A DNA stretch of 64,000 nt from an uncultured Spirochaetota bacterium (GTDB lineage: Bacteria > Spirochaetota > Spirochaetia > SZUA-6 > Fen-1364). Numbering within the stretch: the first letter of the stretch is position 1; every line of letters starts with the position of its first letter. Under the pieces are notes generated by a model. That model was not told the origin of the DNA and searched no databases. It worked only from the letters and a program-made list of their open reading frames with translations. Below, piece after piece: positions 41,887-53,551 of the stretch. The stretch covers positions 608,001-672,000 of the forward strand of contig CAWAHW010000002.1 of the NCBI GenBank assembly GCA_963781885.1, in the 5' to 3' direction. The translations under genes were made by a program, and so were the position numbers.

Positions 41887-42837
41887 ATGGTAAATACAAA
41901 GGTTCTCATCGCCGATACCCTGGCGAAGGAAGGCATGGAGGAGTTCGCGCGGTTCCCCAGTCTTGACCTCGTGGTGAAGACGGGCCTTCCCGTGGACAAG
42001 CTGATGGCGGAGGTGGGGGACGCTGCGGGCCTCGTCGTACGCTCGGCGACGCAGGCGACGCGTGAGGTGATCGCCGCCGGTCGCAGCCTGAAGGTCATCG
42101 GGAGGGCCGGCGCCGGCGTGGACAACATCGACGTGAAGGCGGCCGCCGAGCGCGGCATCGTCGTGCTCAACACGCCCGGCGGGAACGCTGAGGCGGCCGG
42201 TGAGCTCGCCGTTGCCATGATGTTCGCCCTGGCGCGCGACCTCGCGCGGGCGGATGCGACGATGAAGGCCGGCAAATGGGACAAGAAGAGCTTTAGCGGC
42301 ATCGAGCTCCTGGGAAAGACCCTGGGTCTCGTCGGCATCGGCAACGTGGGCAGCATCGTCGGGAAGCACGCGCGGGCCCTGGGGATGAAGGTGGTGGCCT
42401 GCGATCCATTCGTGAGTGAAGAGAAGGCCGCAGCCCTCGGCTTCCGCCTTGCAGCTTTCGACGAGGTGATCGGCATTGCCGATTTCGTCTCCATTCACTC
42501 CCCGCGCACGGAACAGACGCGGGGGCTTTTCAACGCGAAGACATTCGCGCGGATGAAGAAGGGCGTCTTCCTCATCAACTGCGCGCGCGGCGGCATCGTC
42601 GTGGAGAAGGACCTGATCGCGGCCCTGGACGACGGCACCGTGCGGGGCGCCGGCGTCGACGTGTTCGACAAGGAGCCGCCCGAAGAGTGGAGCCTCGCGC
42701 GGCATCCGAAGGTGATCGCCACGCCGCACCTGGGCGCCACCACGGGTGAAGCGCAGGTGAATGTCTCCGTGATGATCGCGCGGCAGATCGGCGCCTATCT
42801 CACCCGGGGGGAAATCGTCAACGCGGTGAAGGCGTAG
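41887..42837 (+). CDS. D-2-hydroxyacid dehydrogenase (short SerA-like, no ACT domain)
   Basis: RAGAGVDNID, GIGNVG, NCARGG, TPHLGA. Confidence 0.88.
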   Translation: MVNTKVLIADTLAKEGMEEFARFPSLDLVVKTGLPVDKLMAEVGDAAGLVVRSATQATREVIAAGRSLKVIGRAGAGVDNIDVKAAAERGIVVLNTPGGNAEAAGELAVAMMFALARDLARADATMKAGKWDKKSFSGIELLGKTLGLVGIGNVGSIVGKHARALGMKVVACDPFVSEEKAAALGFRLAAFDEVIGIADFVSIHSPRTEQTRGLFNAKTFARMKKGVFLINCARGGIVVEKDLIAALDDGTVRGAGVDVFDKEPPEEWSLARHPKVIATPHLGATTGEAQVNVSVMIARQIGAYLTRGEIVNAVKA

Positions 42838-42940
42838 GCGGGGCTCGGCGTCGCCGCGGCGGCCGGTTCTCCTGCGCCCGGCACGCCCCTTCTTGTCGAA
42901 AAATCCCGCCGGGGGTACATTGCTTTGAGGGGCGGGAGCC

Positions 42941-43729
42941 ATGAGCGCTGACATCACGGATCTGTTGAGAGACTGGGAGTTCGACTCGGACAACCAGATA
43001 CGCATCATCCAGGCGGAGGACGGCCGTCAGGTGCTTCAGGTCCGTCAGCCAATGGGCATCGAGCAGTACGAGCTGGATGGAAGGCCGGACGGGAAGAAGC
43101 CCTTCGGCCGCGATTCGGCGCTGGAGGAGTTCCAGTCGCGCCTGGAGAGCTACACGCAGGCCCACGGCGGGGACGAAGGTTTCACCCTCTCGCATGAGGA
43201 TTTCGCCGCCCTCCAAGGCGAGGGTGTGCTTTTCTATTTCCGCTACCTCGTGCTTTTCCAGATCGGGGATTTTGCGCGCACCGCGCGCGACACGGAGCAC
43301 AATCTCGCCCTGTTCGCGCTCGTGGAAAGATTCATCGAGAACGACGACGACCGTAGGGAGCTTCTCCAGTACAAGCCGTACGTCGTCCGCATGAACGCGA
43401 TTGCCCGCGCCATGATCTCCCTGCACAAAGAGATGAAGAGCACGGCGGAAGACATCCTTGCAACGGCGATCTCCGCAATTGAAGGCATGCACGAAATCGA
43501 CACGCCGGCATTCCAGTTCGAGCGGGTGCGCTCGCTGAACTACCTGAAGGCCACGCTGAAGCAGATCCACGAGAAGAAGGATTCCCCGCTGGAGGCGTTG
43601 AAAGGAGAGCTGCAGACCGCGATCGACGACGAGGACTACGAGAAAGCGGCCTCGTTGCGTGACCGGATACGGCAGCTCGACGTGAACGACGACGACCCGG
43701 GAGAGGTGCTGCGGGACACGGAGGAATAG
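42941..43729 (+). CDS. Conserved protein with C-terminal UvrB/UvrC (UVR) motif
   Basis: QYELDGRPDG N-terminal motif; AIDDEDYEKAASLRDRI. Confidence 0.82.
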   Translation: MSADITDLLRDWEFDSDNQIRIIQAEDGRQVLQVRQPMGIEQYELDGRPDGKKPFGRDSALEEFQSRLESYTQAHGGDEGFTLSHEDFAALQGEGVLFYFRYLVLFQIGDFARTARDTEHNLALFALVERFIENDDDRRELLQYKPYVVRMNAIARAMISLHKEMKSTAEDILATAISAIEGMHEIDTPAFQFERVRSLNYLKATLKQIHEKKDSPLEALKGELQTAIDDEDYEKAASLRDRIRQLDVNDDDPGEVLRDTEE

Positions 43730-43811
43730 GGCGCGGGAGCGCCTTGTACCGGCTCCATCCTCGCTTGCCCCTCCTGCCGCGTCCTGCTATTCTGGCGACC
43801 GGAGCGTCCCC

Positions 43812-44159
43812 ATGATCAAGAGAAAAAGCGACATGCAGAGAGAGGTGCGCGAGCGCATGCGCGATGGCACGGGCGCCGTCGAGCTCCTCCACATCTACCG
43901 CAAGGAGGAGCTCGCGGCAAAAACGCGTCTCTTCGCGCGGCTGCGCCTCGCGCCCGGCAGCTCCATCGGCTATCACACCCATGACGGCGAGGAGGAGGTG
44001 TACTACATCCTCCAGGGCACCGCGACGGTGAACGACCAGGGCGTCACCTCGACGGTCGGTCCGGGCGACGCCGTGCTGACCGGCGGGGGCGCGGGGCACG
44101 CCATCTCCAACCAGGGCACCGAGGCCGTCGAGCTCCTTGCCGTGATCCTCGTGTCCTGA
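43812..44159 (+). CDS. Cupin domain protein
   Basis: GYHTHDGEEEVYYILQG and GHAISN. Confidence 0.88.
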   Translation: MIKRKSDMQREVRERMRDGTGAVELLHIYRKEELAAKTRLFARLRLAPGSSIGYHTHDGEEEVYYILQGTATVNDQGVTSTVGPGDAVLTGGGAGHAISNQGTEAVELLAVILVS

Positions 44160-44169
44160 GCCCACGCCG

Positions 44170-46651
44170 ATGCTTTTCTTCGGTCCCCGTCGTCCCCCCG
44201 AAAGGATCGCGACCTCCTTTCGCTGGCTTGAGCCGCGCCCCCTTGCCGCCATCGAATCCCCGTCCTACTCCGCACGGTACGGGAAGGGAAGCTACGCGCT
44301 GGTGCTGCACAAGGACAGCTGCTTCGCGTGGGAGACGGTCGGCGGCACGGAGGGATTCTCCGACGTCGTCGTGGAGGCGGACATCGAGCTTGGACCGGCG
44401 AACGGGCATTCGGCGATCGGCCTCCTCTTCCGCCGCGTCGACGACGAGAACTTCTACTCCTTCCTCATCTCCACGCGGGGCAATTTCCGCATCGACCTCC
44501 TTTTCAACAGGCACCCGCTGCGCCTGGTGGACTGGACGCCTGTGCCGGCGCCGGATGACGACCCGGGGGGAGCGGGCGGCGCCGCGCGGCGGGTGAAGAT
44601 CGTCGCGCACGGCTCACGCTTTTCCTTCCACGTCGACGACGAGTGGGTGGCGGAGCTGGAGGACGAGACGCTTCCGGCGGGCGGCGTCGGGTTCGCGGCG
44701 CAGAACTTTGCCGGCGCGACCCCGGGCAGCTTCCACCTGCGGCGTCTTCTCGTCGACGCGCGGCCGCTCGTCGTGGAAAAGGAACATACCCGCTGGCGCT
44801 ACTACGCCCCCATTTCACCGGCCTCGCGCGTGCGCCTGGCCGAGACTCTTGCCGGGTCCGGGGCGTTCGACTCCGCCGTCGTCCAGCTCCGGAAGGCGCT
44901 GAAGGATCGCGCCGGCACGCCGCGGGAGCATTCGCTCCTGGCCGAATGCTACCTCAGGCTTTCCTTCCACGCCGACGCCCTGACGGAGATCGACCTTGTG
45001 CGGGCCCTCCAGCCCGACTATCCGGGCGCGGCCCGCGAACGGGCCAATATCCTCTACCTCTCACAGCGCATCCTGGAGGCGCGTGATGCCCTGCGGGCGG
45101 GCTTTGCCGACGGCACGATCGAACGGGAGGCAGACGCGTTCAATCTCCTGGGCAACGCGGAGTACGCGCTGGGCAACTGGGATGAGGCGATCGAAGCTTA
45201 TCGGAAGGCCGTGGAGGGGGAACCGGAGAACCCGCTTTTCCTTCAGAACGCCGCGCGAAGCATGGAAATGGCCGCCCGGGACCCCGAGGCCGTGGACCTT
45301 TACCTGAAATCCGCGCGCATCCTTTTTTCCGAGGAAGCATTCGACGAGCTTTCCCTCATCGTTCCGCGGGTGCTCGCCCTTGCCCCGGACGACCCGCGGG
45401 TCCATGCGCTGGAAGCGAAGATGCTCTACCGCGAAGGCAAGAGCGACGAGGCATTCGCCATTCTGCGGGAGCTGGAGAACGAGGGAAGCGACGACAGCGC
45501 CGTGCACTATCTCCTGGGGCTGCTCCTGGCGGCAAAGGGCCGCAAGGCCGACGCCTTGACGCGATTCATGCGCGCCGCGGAGCTGGAGAAGGATTTCCCC
45601 CTCTACCAGTTCCGGCTTGCCGAGACGCAGCACTTCCTCGGCCGGGACCCCCACGAGGCGCTGGACAGGGCGCTTGCCCTTGCGCCGTCGGATCCCTGGG
45701 CGAACAACCTGGCCGGCCAGTTGCGCCTGGAGGCGCAGGACCCGGCAGGCGCGATCCCTTGCCTGGAGACGGCGCACGCCGCGGCGCCGGCGGAAGTGGA
45801 CATCGCCATCAACCTTTCTGAGGCCCTTTCCCTGACGGGCAGGCAGGCCGATGCGATGCGGGTCATCGAGGATGTCGCCGCCGCGGCCGGTGACAACGCG
45901 CGGCTGGCCAACCAGCGGGGGACCCTCGCGTCGCGGCAGGGTGACCGCGAGCGCGCCGTGCGCGAATATGAGACAGCCATCCGCCTCGATCCCGCGGCCC
46001 CCGTCTACAAAGAGAACTGCGCCGCGGCGTGCCTCGAGCTGGACATGGTGCACCGCGCGGAAGAGCTGCTCGCCCTGGTGGAGCCGGAGCATCCCTCGGC
46101 ATCGGTCTACAACCTGCTCGGGCAGGTGGCGGTGCTGAAGGGGGAGCGCGCGCGCGGCGTCCTGGCCTACCAGGCCGGCCTCGACCGCGACCCGGGGAAC
46201 GTCGATCTCACGCTCAATCTCGCCCTCGTGCAGAACGAGCGGGGGAAGCACGACGAGGCGCGCGACCTGCTCCTGGCGCTCCTTGCCCGAAGCCCCGGGC
46301 ACGAACGGGCGCGCGCGCTTCTCCAGCGCATCCGCAATGAGCACGAGATGAGGGATCTCCTGTGCGCTCTGCGGCCGGGAGTGGTGGGCTCCCCGGGAGC
46401 TTCCGCCGCAGCAGGGCATCCGTGTGCGCGGGGAACCCCCGGCGGACGCCCCGGCGGGAAGGTGCCCGCGCTGCGGCAAGGTCTATTGTGTGGGCTGCGC
46501 ATCGGCAACCATCCGCAACATGCGCTTCCATTGCCCGGACTGCGGCGAGCCGCTGAAGCACTCCGACGACGCGCTGAAATGGCTTCTTGCGCGCGCGATC
46601 GAAGGCCCGGCGGAGCGCTCCGGGACCGCCGCGAAAGGCTTCTTGCCTTGA
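44170..46651 (+). CDS. TPR protein with N-terminal beta-sandwich and C-terminal 8-Cys finger; one indel near 46353
   Basis: Multiple TPRs (AFNLLGNAEYALGNWDEAIEAYRKA); the shifted frame gives CALC...CPRC-CVGC-CPDC and stops at 46651. Confidence 0.78.
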
Positions 46652-46675
46652 CAAAGCCGTTTGCATGGTTACATT
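46648..46675 (+). promoter_or_regulatory. Promoter for the lolA operon
   Basis: TTGACA-16 bp-TACATT. Confidence 0.55.
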
Positions 46676-46685
46676 GGGGTCAGCC

Positions 46686-47366
46686 TTGAACAGAAAAGCC
46701 GTTTTTCCCGCCATTCTCTGTATCCTGCTGTCCGCGTTCGCCTTCGGGCAGTCGAACGAGCTCGTTTCGGCGGAGAAGTATTTCGATACGCTCTCCGCGA
46801 GCTTCAGCGCGGTGAACGACTATGTCGCCGACATCAGCATCACGAACGGCAAGGCGAGCTACCACGGCCGGCTGTCGTACAAGTCGCCCCTGTTCCTGCG
46901 CATCGACTTCGACGACCCTCCCAAAATGGTGCTCAATTTCGACGGCCAGAAGCTCCAGTGGTATTCGCCGCAGAACGCGGTGGTGCTCGAGCAGGACTAC
47001 AAGAAGCGCGGCGCCGGCCAGACGGAGGCAATGGCGAGCAATCAGAGCTTCGCCCTCTGGAAGCGGAATTTCTCCATCGCCTACCTCACGGGCCCCGCGC
47101 CCGTCCCGCTGGAGGACGGCTCCCACGAGATGGTGGTCAAGCTGAAGCTTGTCTCGCGCGGCACCACGAACTTCACGCAGATGATCCTGTCGGTGAAGGA
47201 CTCTCTCATCCGCCGCGTGGAGGGGACCATGGCAGGCGGGGACAAGGTTGTCATGGACTATGCGAATATCCGAACGAACCAGGGGGTTCCCGACTCGCGT
47301 TTCGCGTATGACGCACCGGTCACGGTGAACACGATCCAGGACTGGCTCTTCGATTCGACGCAATAG
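46686..47366 (+). CDS. lolA: Outer-membrane lipoprotein carrier LolA family
   Basis: Signal peptide, YKSPLFLRIDF, NFDGQKLQWY, NQGVPDSRFAYDAP; lolA-rodZ-rimO order. Confidence 0.8.
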   Translation: MNRKAVFPAILCILLSAFAFGQSNELVSAEKYFDTLSASFSAVNDYVADISITNGKASYHGRLSYKSPLFLRIDFDDPPKMVLNFDGQKLQWYSPQNAVVLEQDYKKRGAGQTEAMASNQSFALWKRNFSIAYLTGPAPVPLEDGSHEMVVKLKLVSRGTTNFTQMILSVKDSLIRRVEGTMAGGDKVVMDYANIRTNQGVPDSRFAYDAPVTVNTIQDWLFDSTQ

Positions 47367-47374
47367 CAGGTAAT

Positions 47375-48502
47375 ATGGAATCGATCGGCGAGAAGCTTCG
47401 ACTGGCGCGCGAGCGCAACAACCTGACCATCGACCAGATCGCGCGGGAGACCCATGTCGCGAAGCGTTTCCTCAAGGCGCTGGAAGACGAGGACTTCGCC
47501 ACGTTCCCCGGCGAGACCTACGCCCTGGGCTTCCTCCGCAACTACGCGGAGTATCTCGGTCTTTCCCCGGACGAGCTGGTCGGCATCTACCGCAACATCA
47601 AGATCCAGGAGCAGCCGCTGCCGATGAACGAGCTGCTGGAGACGAAACCCAAGCTTCCCCCCCTGCGCCTGATCATTTTCATCGCGGCCGCGGTGCTCGT
47701 CCTGGCTGCCGCCGGCTACCTGATCTACCGGGCCACCACCCACGCGGGGGGCGGCGCCGCCGCCACGCAGCGCGCGCCGTCAGGCTCCTCGAGCGACTTC
47801 GTCTTCCAGGACGAGGTGAGCACGCAGTGGTTCAACCAGGGAGACGGCATCTCCATCCCGTACAATGGAAAGACCTACCGGATCGTGATCGCGAATATCG
47901 GCGACACGCTCACCCTCAAGGTGCCCGGCGGCACCGTGGACATGGGGCTGGGCAAGGAGCGCTACATCGACCTGGACGCCGACTCCACGCCGGAGATGCG
48001 CATCGTCTGGAACGACGTGGACCTCGGCTCCTCGTTGAAGCGCGTGAATCTCGGCCTCTACCGCACGACGGGGCAGGCTGCCACCGGTGTCACCTCCACG
48101 GTGGAGGATGCCTCTTCCACGGCGGCGTTGGCCGCGGCGCCGTCCGCGTCCTCCACGCCGCCGATCCGCACCGACACGTTCAAGACCCTGGCGATTCTCA
48201 CCGCGCCGCAGTCGGGTCTTTTCACCCTGGATTTCACATTCAAGAATGACTGCCTCTTCCGTTACCTCGTGGATGGCAAGGATCGCGAGGACCGCTTCTT
48301 CCAGAAGGGGGAGCAGTTCACCATCGACACGGGAAAGGTCCAGGTGATGATCTGGCTCTCCAACGCGGGGGCGGCCCGCATGCGCGTCCAGGGCAGGGAC
48401 TTCGAGCTGGGAGACCTCGGCGAGGTGGCCACCCGCAAGATCGCCTGGCGCAAGGACACGAATGCGGGCGGGTATGTCCTCGAGATCACGCCGCAGTACT
48501 GA
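47375..48502 (+). CDS. RodZ-like HTH membrane protein
   Basis: IGEKLRLARE HTH, YALGFLRNYAEYLGL, one TM helix, SNAGA. Confidence 0.85.
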   Translation: MESIGEKLRLARERNNLTIDQIARETHVAKRFLKALEDEDFATFPGETYALGFLRNYAEYLGLSPDELVGIYRNIKIQEQPLPMNELLETKPKLPPLRLIIFIAAAVLVLAAAGYLIYRATTHAGGGAAATQRAPSGSSSDFVFQDEVSTQWFNQGDGISIPYNGKTYRIVIANIGDTLTLKVPGGTVDMGLGKERYIDLDADSTPEMRIVWNDVDLGSSLKRVNLGLYRTTGQAATGVTSTVEDASSTAALAAAPSASSTPPIRTDTFKTLAILTAPQSGLFTLDFTFKNDCLFRYLVDGKDREDRFFQKGEQFTIDTGKVQVMIWLSNAGAARMRVQGRDFELGDLGEVATRKIAWRKDTNAGGYVLEITPQY

Positions 48503-49846
48503 GGGCGACGACCGCATCCGCAGAAGGATTTCCCCCGCCAGCAGCGCCACGCCCCATCGCAGTTTCCACGTGGAAAGTCTCGGATGCGCGAAGAACCAGG
48601 TGGATTCCGAGCTCATGATCGCGTCACTCGAGCGGGCAGGGTGGCGTCTGGCGGATTCACCCGACGACGCCGAGGTGATCGTCGTGAACACGTGCGGCTT
48701 CATCAACGCGGCGAAAAAGGAATCCATCGAGACGAGCCTCGAGATGAAGGCGCGCCATCCCGGGACGGAAGGTGATCATGGTGGGCTGCCTCTCCGAGCG
48801 CTACGGGGAGGAGCTCGCGCGGCGAGCTTCCCGAGATCGACGCCTTCCTGGGCAACCGCGACCCCGCGGCCATCGTGGACGTCGTGGAAGGCCGCGTTCC
48901 CGTCGACGCTGCCGGAGGGAGGCCGTACGAGCGGGCCCATCTCCTGTCCTATCCCGGCAGCGCGTACGTGAAGATCGCCGAAGGCTGCTCCAATCGCTGT
49001 ACCTACTGCGCCATCCCGCTGATACGCGGCGAGCTTGCAAGCCGCAGCCGGGCGGAGATCATCGATGAGGCGCGCGGTCTCCTGGACCGCGGCGCGCGCG
49101 AGCTCGTTCTGATCGCGCAGGACCTCGGATCGTGGGGCAGGGACCTCGGCGAGGCCCGGCTCACAAATCTGCTGGAGGATCTCTCCCGTCTGCCCGGCGA
49201 TTTCTGGGTCAGGCTCCTGTACATTCATCCGGATCATTTCCCCCCGGGGCTGCTCGACCTCATGGCCGGGGACGCCCGGTTTCTCCCGTACTTCGATCTG
49301 CCCTTCCAGCACGCAGCGCCTGACATCCTTCTGGCGATGGGTCGGCGGAACGATCCCGCGCGCAATGTCGGGCTCGTGACCGAAATCCGCGCCCGGCTTC
49401 CCGACGCCGTGATCAGGTCCACGTTCCTCCTCGGCTTTCCCGGCGAGACTGACGCGGATTTCGACATCCTGCTCGATTTCCAGGAACGCCTGCGTCCCGA
49501 TTGGCTGGGCTCCTTCACGTACTCGCGGGAGGAGGAGACCCCCGCGTATGAAATGGGCGGTCGCGTCACCAAGGCCGTCGCGGAGAAACGGAAGGAGGAG
49601 CTGGAGCGTCGCCAGACGGGCATCACCGACCGCGCGCTGGACCGGTACGTCGGGCGCACGCTTGACGTGCTGGTGGAAGAGCGCGTGCAGGGCGAGGAGC
49701 TGTCGCTGGGACGCGCCTACCTGCAGGCGCCCGACGTCGACGGCCTCGTGGTCGTGCGCGGCACCTTCGATGCCGGCCGCATGGTGCGGGTGCGCATCGA
49801 CAGACGCAATGGAGTTGACCTGGAGGGGGGCGTCGTTGGGCGCTGA
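48474..49846 (+). CDS. rimO: Ribosomal protein S12 methylthiotransferase; indels near 48768 and 48820; start uncertain
   Basis: SLGCAKNQVDSE, NTCGFI, EGCSNRCTYCAIP, QAPDVDG TRAM domain. Confidence 0.9.
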
Positions 49847-51936
49847 GCCGGCGTACATGGCGGTGCTCAATCCCGAGCAGCGCGAGGCCGTGATCCATTC
49901 CGGCAGCCCGCTCCTCATCCTTGCCGGCGCAGGGTCGGGAAAGACGCGCGTCATCACGACCAAGATCGCCTGGCTCATCGAGCACCACGCCATGAATCCG
50001 CGCTCCATACTCGCCGTCACCTTCACGAACAAGGCGGCGCAGGAGATGAAGGAGCGGGTCGTCTCGCTCGTGCCCCACGCGGAGGAGGTCATGGTGAAGA
50101 CCTTCCACTCCTTCGGGGCATGGTTCCTGCGGCGGAACGCGAAGCTCGCCGGGCCTTGCCCCGTCCTTCCACATCTATGACGATGACGACTCCGTGTCCC
50201 TGCTGAAGAACATACTCGGCACGACGGAGGACCGGGGCTCCCTGCGCCGCAGCCTGGAAGAGATAAGCCGGGTGAAGGACCTGGGCATCGGCCCCGACGA
50301 GCCGGAGGAGGTCATCACACGCGCGGGCTGCTCCTGTGACGTCTACCGCGCCTATGAAAAGGCGAAGCGCGCCACCGGCAATGTCGACTTCGGCGACCTG
50401 ATCCTCCTGCCGCTCCAGCTCCTCATGCATACCCCCGAGCTGCGCGAGCGAACGCGGCAGAGATTCCGCGTCGTGCTGGTCGACGAGTACCAGGACTCGA
50501 ACAAGGCGCAGTTCGAGCTCCTGCGGGAGCTCTGGGGTCCCGAGACGTATCTCTGCGTCGTGGGCGACGACGACCAGTCCATCTACCGTTTCCGCGGGGC
50601 GGAGGTGGGCAATATCCTCAATTTCCCGAAGGTGTTTCCCGGCACGCAGATCGTGCGCCTGGAGCGGAATTACCGCTCCACCCAGGCGATACTCGATGCG
50701 GCGTCCACCGTGGTGAGCAACAACGTGGGTCGGCTGGGCAAAACGCTCTGGACCGAGAAGCCGGGCGGCGAGCCTCCCCGCGTGGTCTGCTGCATCGACC
50801 AGGAGGAGGAGGCGGAGCTCTGCAGCCGTATCGTGCTTGACGGTTTTCAGGGCACCACGGCGATCCTGTACCGCATGAACGCGCAGTCCCTGCCGTTCGA
50901 GAAGCGCTTCCGCGACGACGGCATCAGATTCCGGCTGGTGGGTACCGTGCGCTTCTATTCGCGTGAGGAAGTGAAGGACGCCATCGCCTACCTCTCCCTC
51001 CTCATGAACGGGAACGACGAGGTATCGTTCCGCCGCGTCGTGAACAAGCCCAGCCGGGGTATCGGGGCGGCGAGCGTCGACAAGATCGTCGACGAGTGGC
51101 GCCGTGAGACCGCGGCCGGCAGGGACTTCGACCTGCTGCGCGCCAGTCGACGCGTCTCCGGCAGGCTTTCCGCCCGCGCGCGGGTGGGGCTCGCGGCGCT
51201 GCTCTCTGCCATGGACGAGCTCGCGCGGCGCGCCAATGAGATGCCCATCGCGGAGCTCGCCCGACTCATGCTCGGACGGACGGGGTTGTACGAGATGTAC
51301 AAGGCGCGCGACACCTCGGAGGAAACCTCCAAGACGGACAACCTCGAGGAAATGGTGAGCGACATGGCCTCCTACGGCGCGGGGCCCGCGGCACTCACGG
51401 CCTTCCTGGAAAGCGTCGCACTTGCGAGCCCCCTGGACGGGGAGACGAACGCGGAGGACGTGCAGGTCACCCTCATCACCATGCACAACACGAAGGGCCT
51501 CGAGTTCGACCGCGTCATCATCACCGGTCTGGAGGAGGGCATCTTCCCCCACGACTCCAGCAGCGGCAGCGCCGAAGACGTGGAAGAGGAGAGGCGCCTT
51601 TTCTACGTGGGCATCACGCGCGCGCGGGAGCGCCTCCTCATGACGTGGTGCCAGCGCCGGAGGCTTTTCGGCCGCACGACCGAGATGTCCCCTTCGCGCT
51701 TTCTCGACGAGCTGCCCGAGGGCATCGCGCGCACGGGCGGGGAGGGGGACACCGGGCCCGAGACGGAATTCCCCGTCGGGTCGGGCGTCTATCACGAGGA
51801 ATATGGTCCCGGCGTTGTCGAGCGATCGTGGTATAGTGATGGCGCCGTGCTCGTGCAGGTCCGTTTCGAGTCGGGTCGCGTGGGGAAATTCCTCCCGAAA
51901 TACGCGCGGCTGGAGCGGATCCACATCGGAGACTGA
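49836..51936 (+). CDS. uvrD: UvrD/PcrA SF1 DNA helicase; indel near 50152
   Basis: AGAGSGKT, TFTNKAA, VDEYQD, VGDDDQSIY, EERRLFYVGITRA. Confidence 0.9.
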
Positions 51937-51938
51937 GA

Positions 51939-52727
51939 ATGGAGCAACGATTGAAGGACGTGCAGTCGAGCCCCGACTTTCGCAATATGCCCATCCAGAA
52001 GGTGGGGATCCGCCAGATCCGCTACCCCATCACCGTGCGGGACAAGAGCAGGGATACCCAGCAGACAGTGGCGAACGTGAGCCTGTCGGTGAATCTCCCG
52101 CACACGAACCGGGGCACCCACATGAGCCGATTCGTGGAGGTGCTCGATCGTTTCAAGAACGAGGTGAGCTACCACAACCTGGATCGCATCCTCATCGAGA
52201 TCAAGAGGACGCTCCAGGCGGAGGAGTCGCACATCGAGCTTGCCTTCCCCTTCTTCCTGCGCCGCAAGGCGCCCGTCTCGGGCATGGAATCCCTCATGTC
52301 CTACGACTGCCGCATCGAGGCGACCTACGGGGCGCACATGCAGATCGCCACCCGGGTCGACGTCCCCGTGCACACCCTTTGCCCCTGCTCCAAGGAGATC
52401 TCGGAATACTCCGCGCATAACCAACGCGGCATGGTCGCCATCACCGTGGGCATGACGAAGTTCATCTGGATCGAAGACATCATCCAGATCGCGGAAGACG
52501 CCGCCTCCAGCCCCCTCTACGCCCTCCTGAAGCGGGAGGACGAGAAGTACGTCACTGAGCGCGCCTACGAAAACCCGCGTTTCGTGGAGGACGTCGTGCG
52601 GGAGGTCGCCCTCCGCCTCCAGTCCCTCCCCGGCCTGCGCTACCACATCGTCGAGGTGGAAAACTTCGAGTCCATTCATAATCACAGCGCCTATGCGGTC
52701 ATTGCAAAAAGCTTCGATGCAGGATAG
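51939..52727 (+). CDS. folE2: GTP cyclohydrolase I type 2
   Basis: RGTHMSRF, LCPCSKEIS, AHNQR, ESIHNHSA. Confidence 0.95.
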   Translation: MEQRLKDVQSSPDFRNMPIQKVGIRQIRYPITVRDKSRDTQQTVANVSLSVNLPHTNRGTHMSRFVEVLDRFKNEVSYHNLDRILIEIKRTLQAEESHIELAFPFFLRRKAPVSGMESLMSYDCRIEATYGAHMQIATRVDVPVHTLCPCSKEISEYSAHNQRGMVAITVGMTKFIWIEDIIQIAEDAASSPLYALLKREDEKYVTERAYENPRFVEDVVREVALRLQSLPGLRYHIVEVENFESIHNHSAYAVIAKSFDAG

Positions 52728-53550
52728 GAGCCTTCCGGCCGGCGTCCCCCGGATCCGTCGGGCCCGCGGCTTCCGTCTCTACGACACGGAGGGACGCCGC
52801 TATCTCGACCTGTACCGCGATGGCGCCCTGCTCGGGCACCGGGCCGCGGGCGTTCTCACGGTCATGAAATCCGTCCTGTCACAGGGGCTCTCCACTGCGC
52901 TGCCCACGGCGTGGGAAGGGAGGCTTTTGGCTGCCGTGAGGAAGATGATCCCCGGTGCCGCCGATGTGCGCCTGTATGCGTCGCTCGATCGCGCCCTCCA
53001 GGCAGCCGGAGACCTTCTCCACACCACCCTGACCGCGGCGGAGGTCTTTGACCCCGCCCTTGCCGGAGAGGCCCTGCCCCCCGCGCCGCAGGTTCCGGCG
53101 GCGCTCTGGAGACCGCTTCTCCCCTGTCCAGCGGCATGCGACGTGCTCCTTCTTCAGCTCCCCGTCACCGTCTGCGGCGCCCCTGTGCCCGTGTGTTGTT
53201 TTCCAACGGCCGCTGGGAAGATCAGGCCTTCCGACGCCATGCCCGGCTTTGTCCTTGCCGCTGCCGTGCGCGGTCTTGCGGCCGTGACGGGTCCTGCCGG
53301 GATGCCACTTGCGGACGGCATCGCGGCAGCGGAGCGCGCAATAGACCGGGCCCCCGGTTGGAAACGCCAGGGGCCGTACGTGCGTGCCGTTTTTCCCGAA
53401 GCGGACTACCCGCGCGTGCATGCGGAGTTCCTGGCTGCCGGTGTTTTGCTCCATCCCGGCTATCCCGGGCCGAGCGTGCTTCCCGGGGAATGCTCCCCGG
53501 GGGAAAACAGGCTCCTGGCGGATCTTTTCGCCGGGATCCCGGGAGGATGA
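52717..53550 (+). CDS. Hypothetical protein with class-III aminotransferase-like N-terminus
   Basis: RARGFRLYDTEGRRYLDL...LGH; overlaps the folE2 stop. Confidence 0.7.
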   Translation: MQDRSLPAGVPRIRRARGFRLYDTEGRRYLDLYRDGALLGHRAAGVLTVMKSVLSQGLSTALPTAWEGRLLAAVRKMIPGAADVRLYASLDRALQAAGDLLHTTLTAAEVFDPALAGEALPPAPQVPAALWRPLLPCPAACDVLLLQLPVTVCGAPVPVCCFPTAAGKIRPSDAMPGFVLAAAVRGLAAVTGPAGMPLADGIAAAERAIDRAPGWKRQGPYVRAVFPEADYPRVHAEFLAAGVLLHPGYPGPSVLPGECSPGENRLLADLFAGIPGG

Positions 53551-53551
53551 T

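Noticed and set aside
48474-51936. rimO and uvrD as pseudogenes or programmed frameshifts
   Set aside because: All catalytic motifs are intact and there are no slippery heptamers; sequencing error is more parsimonious
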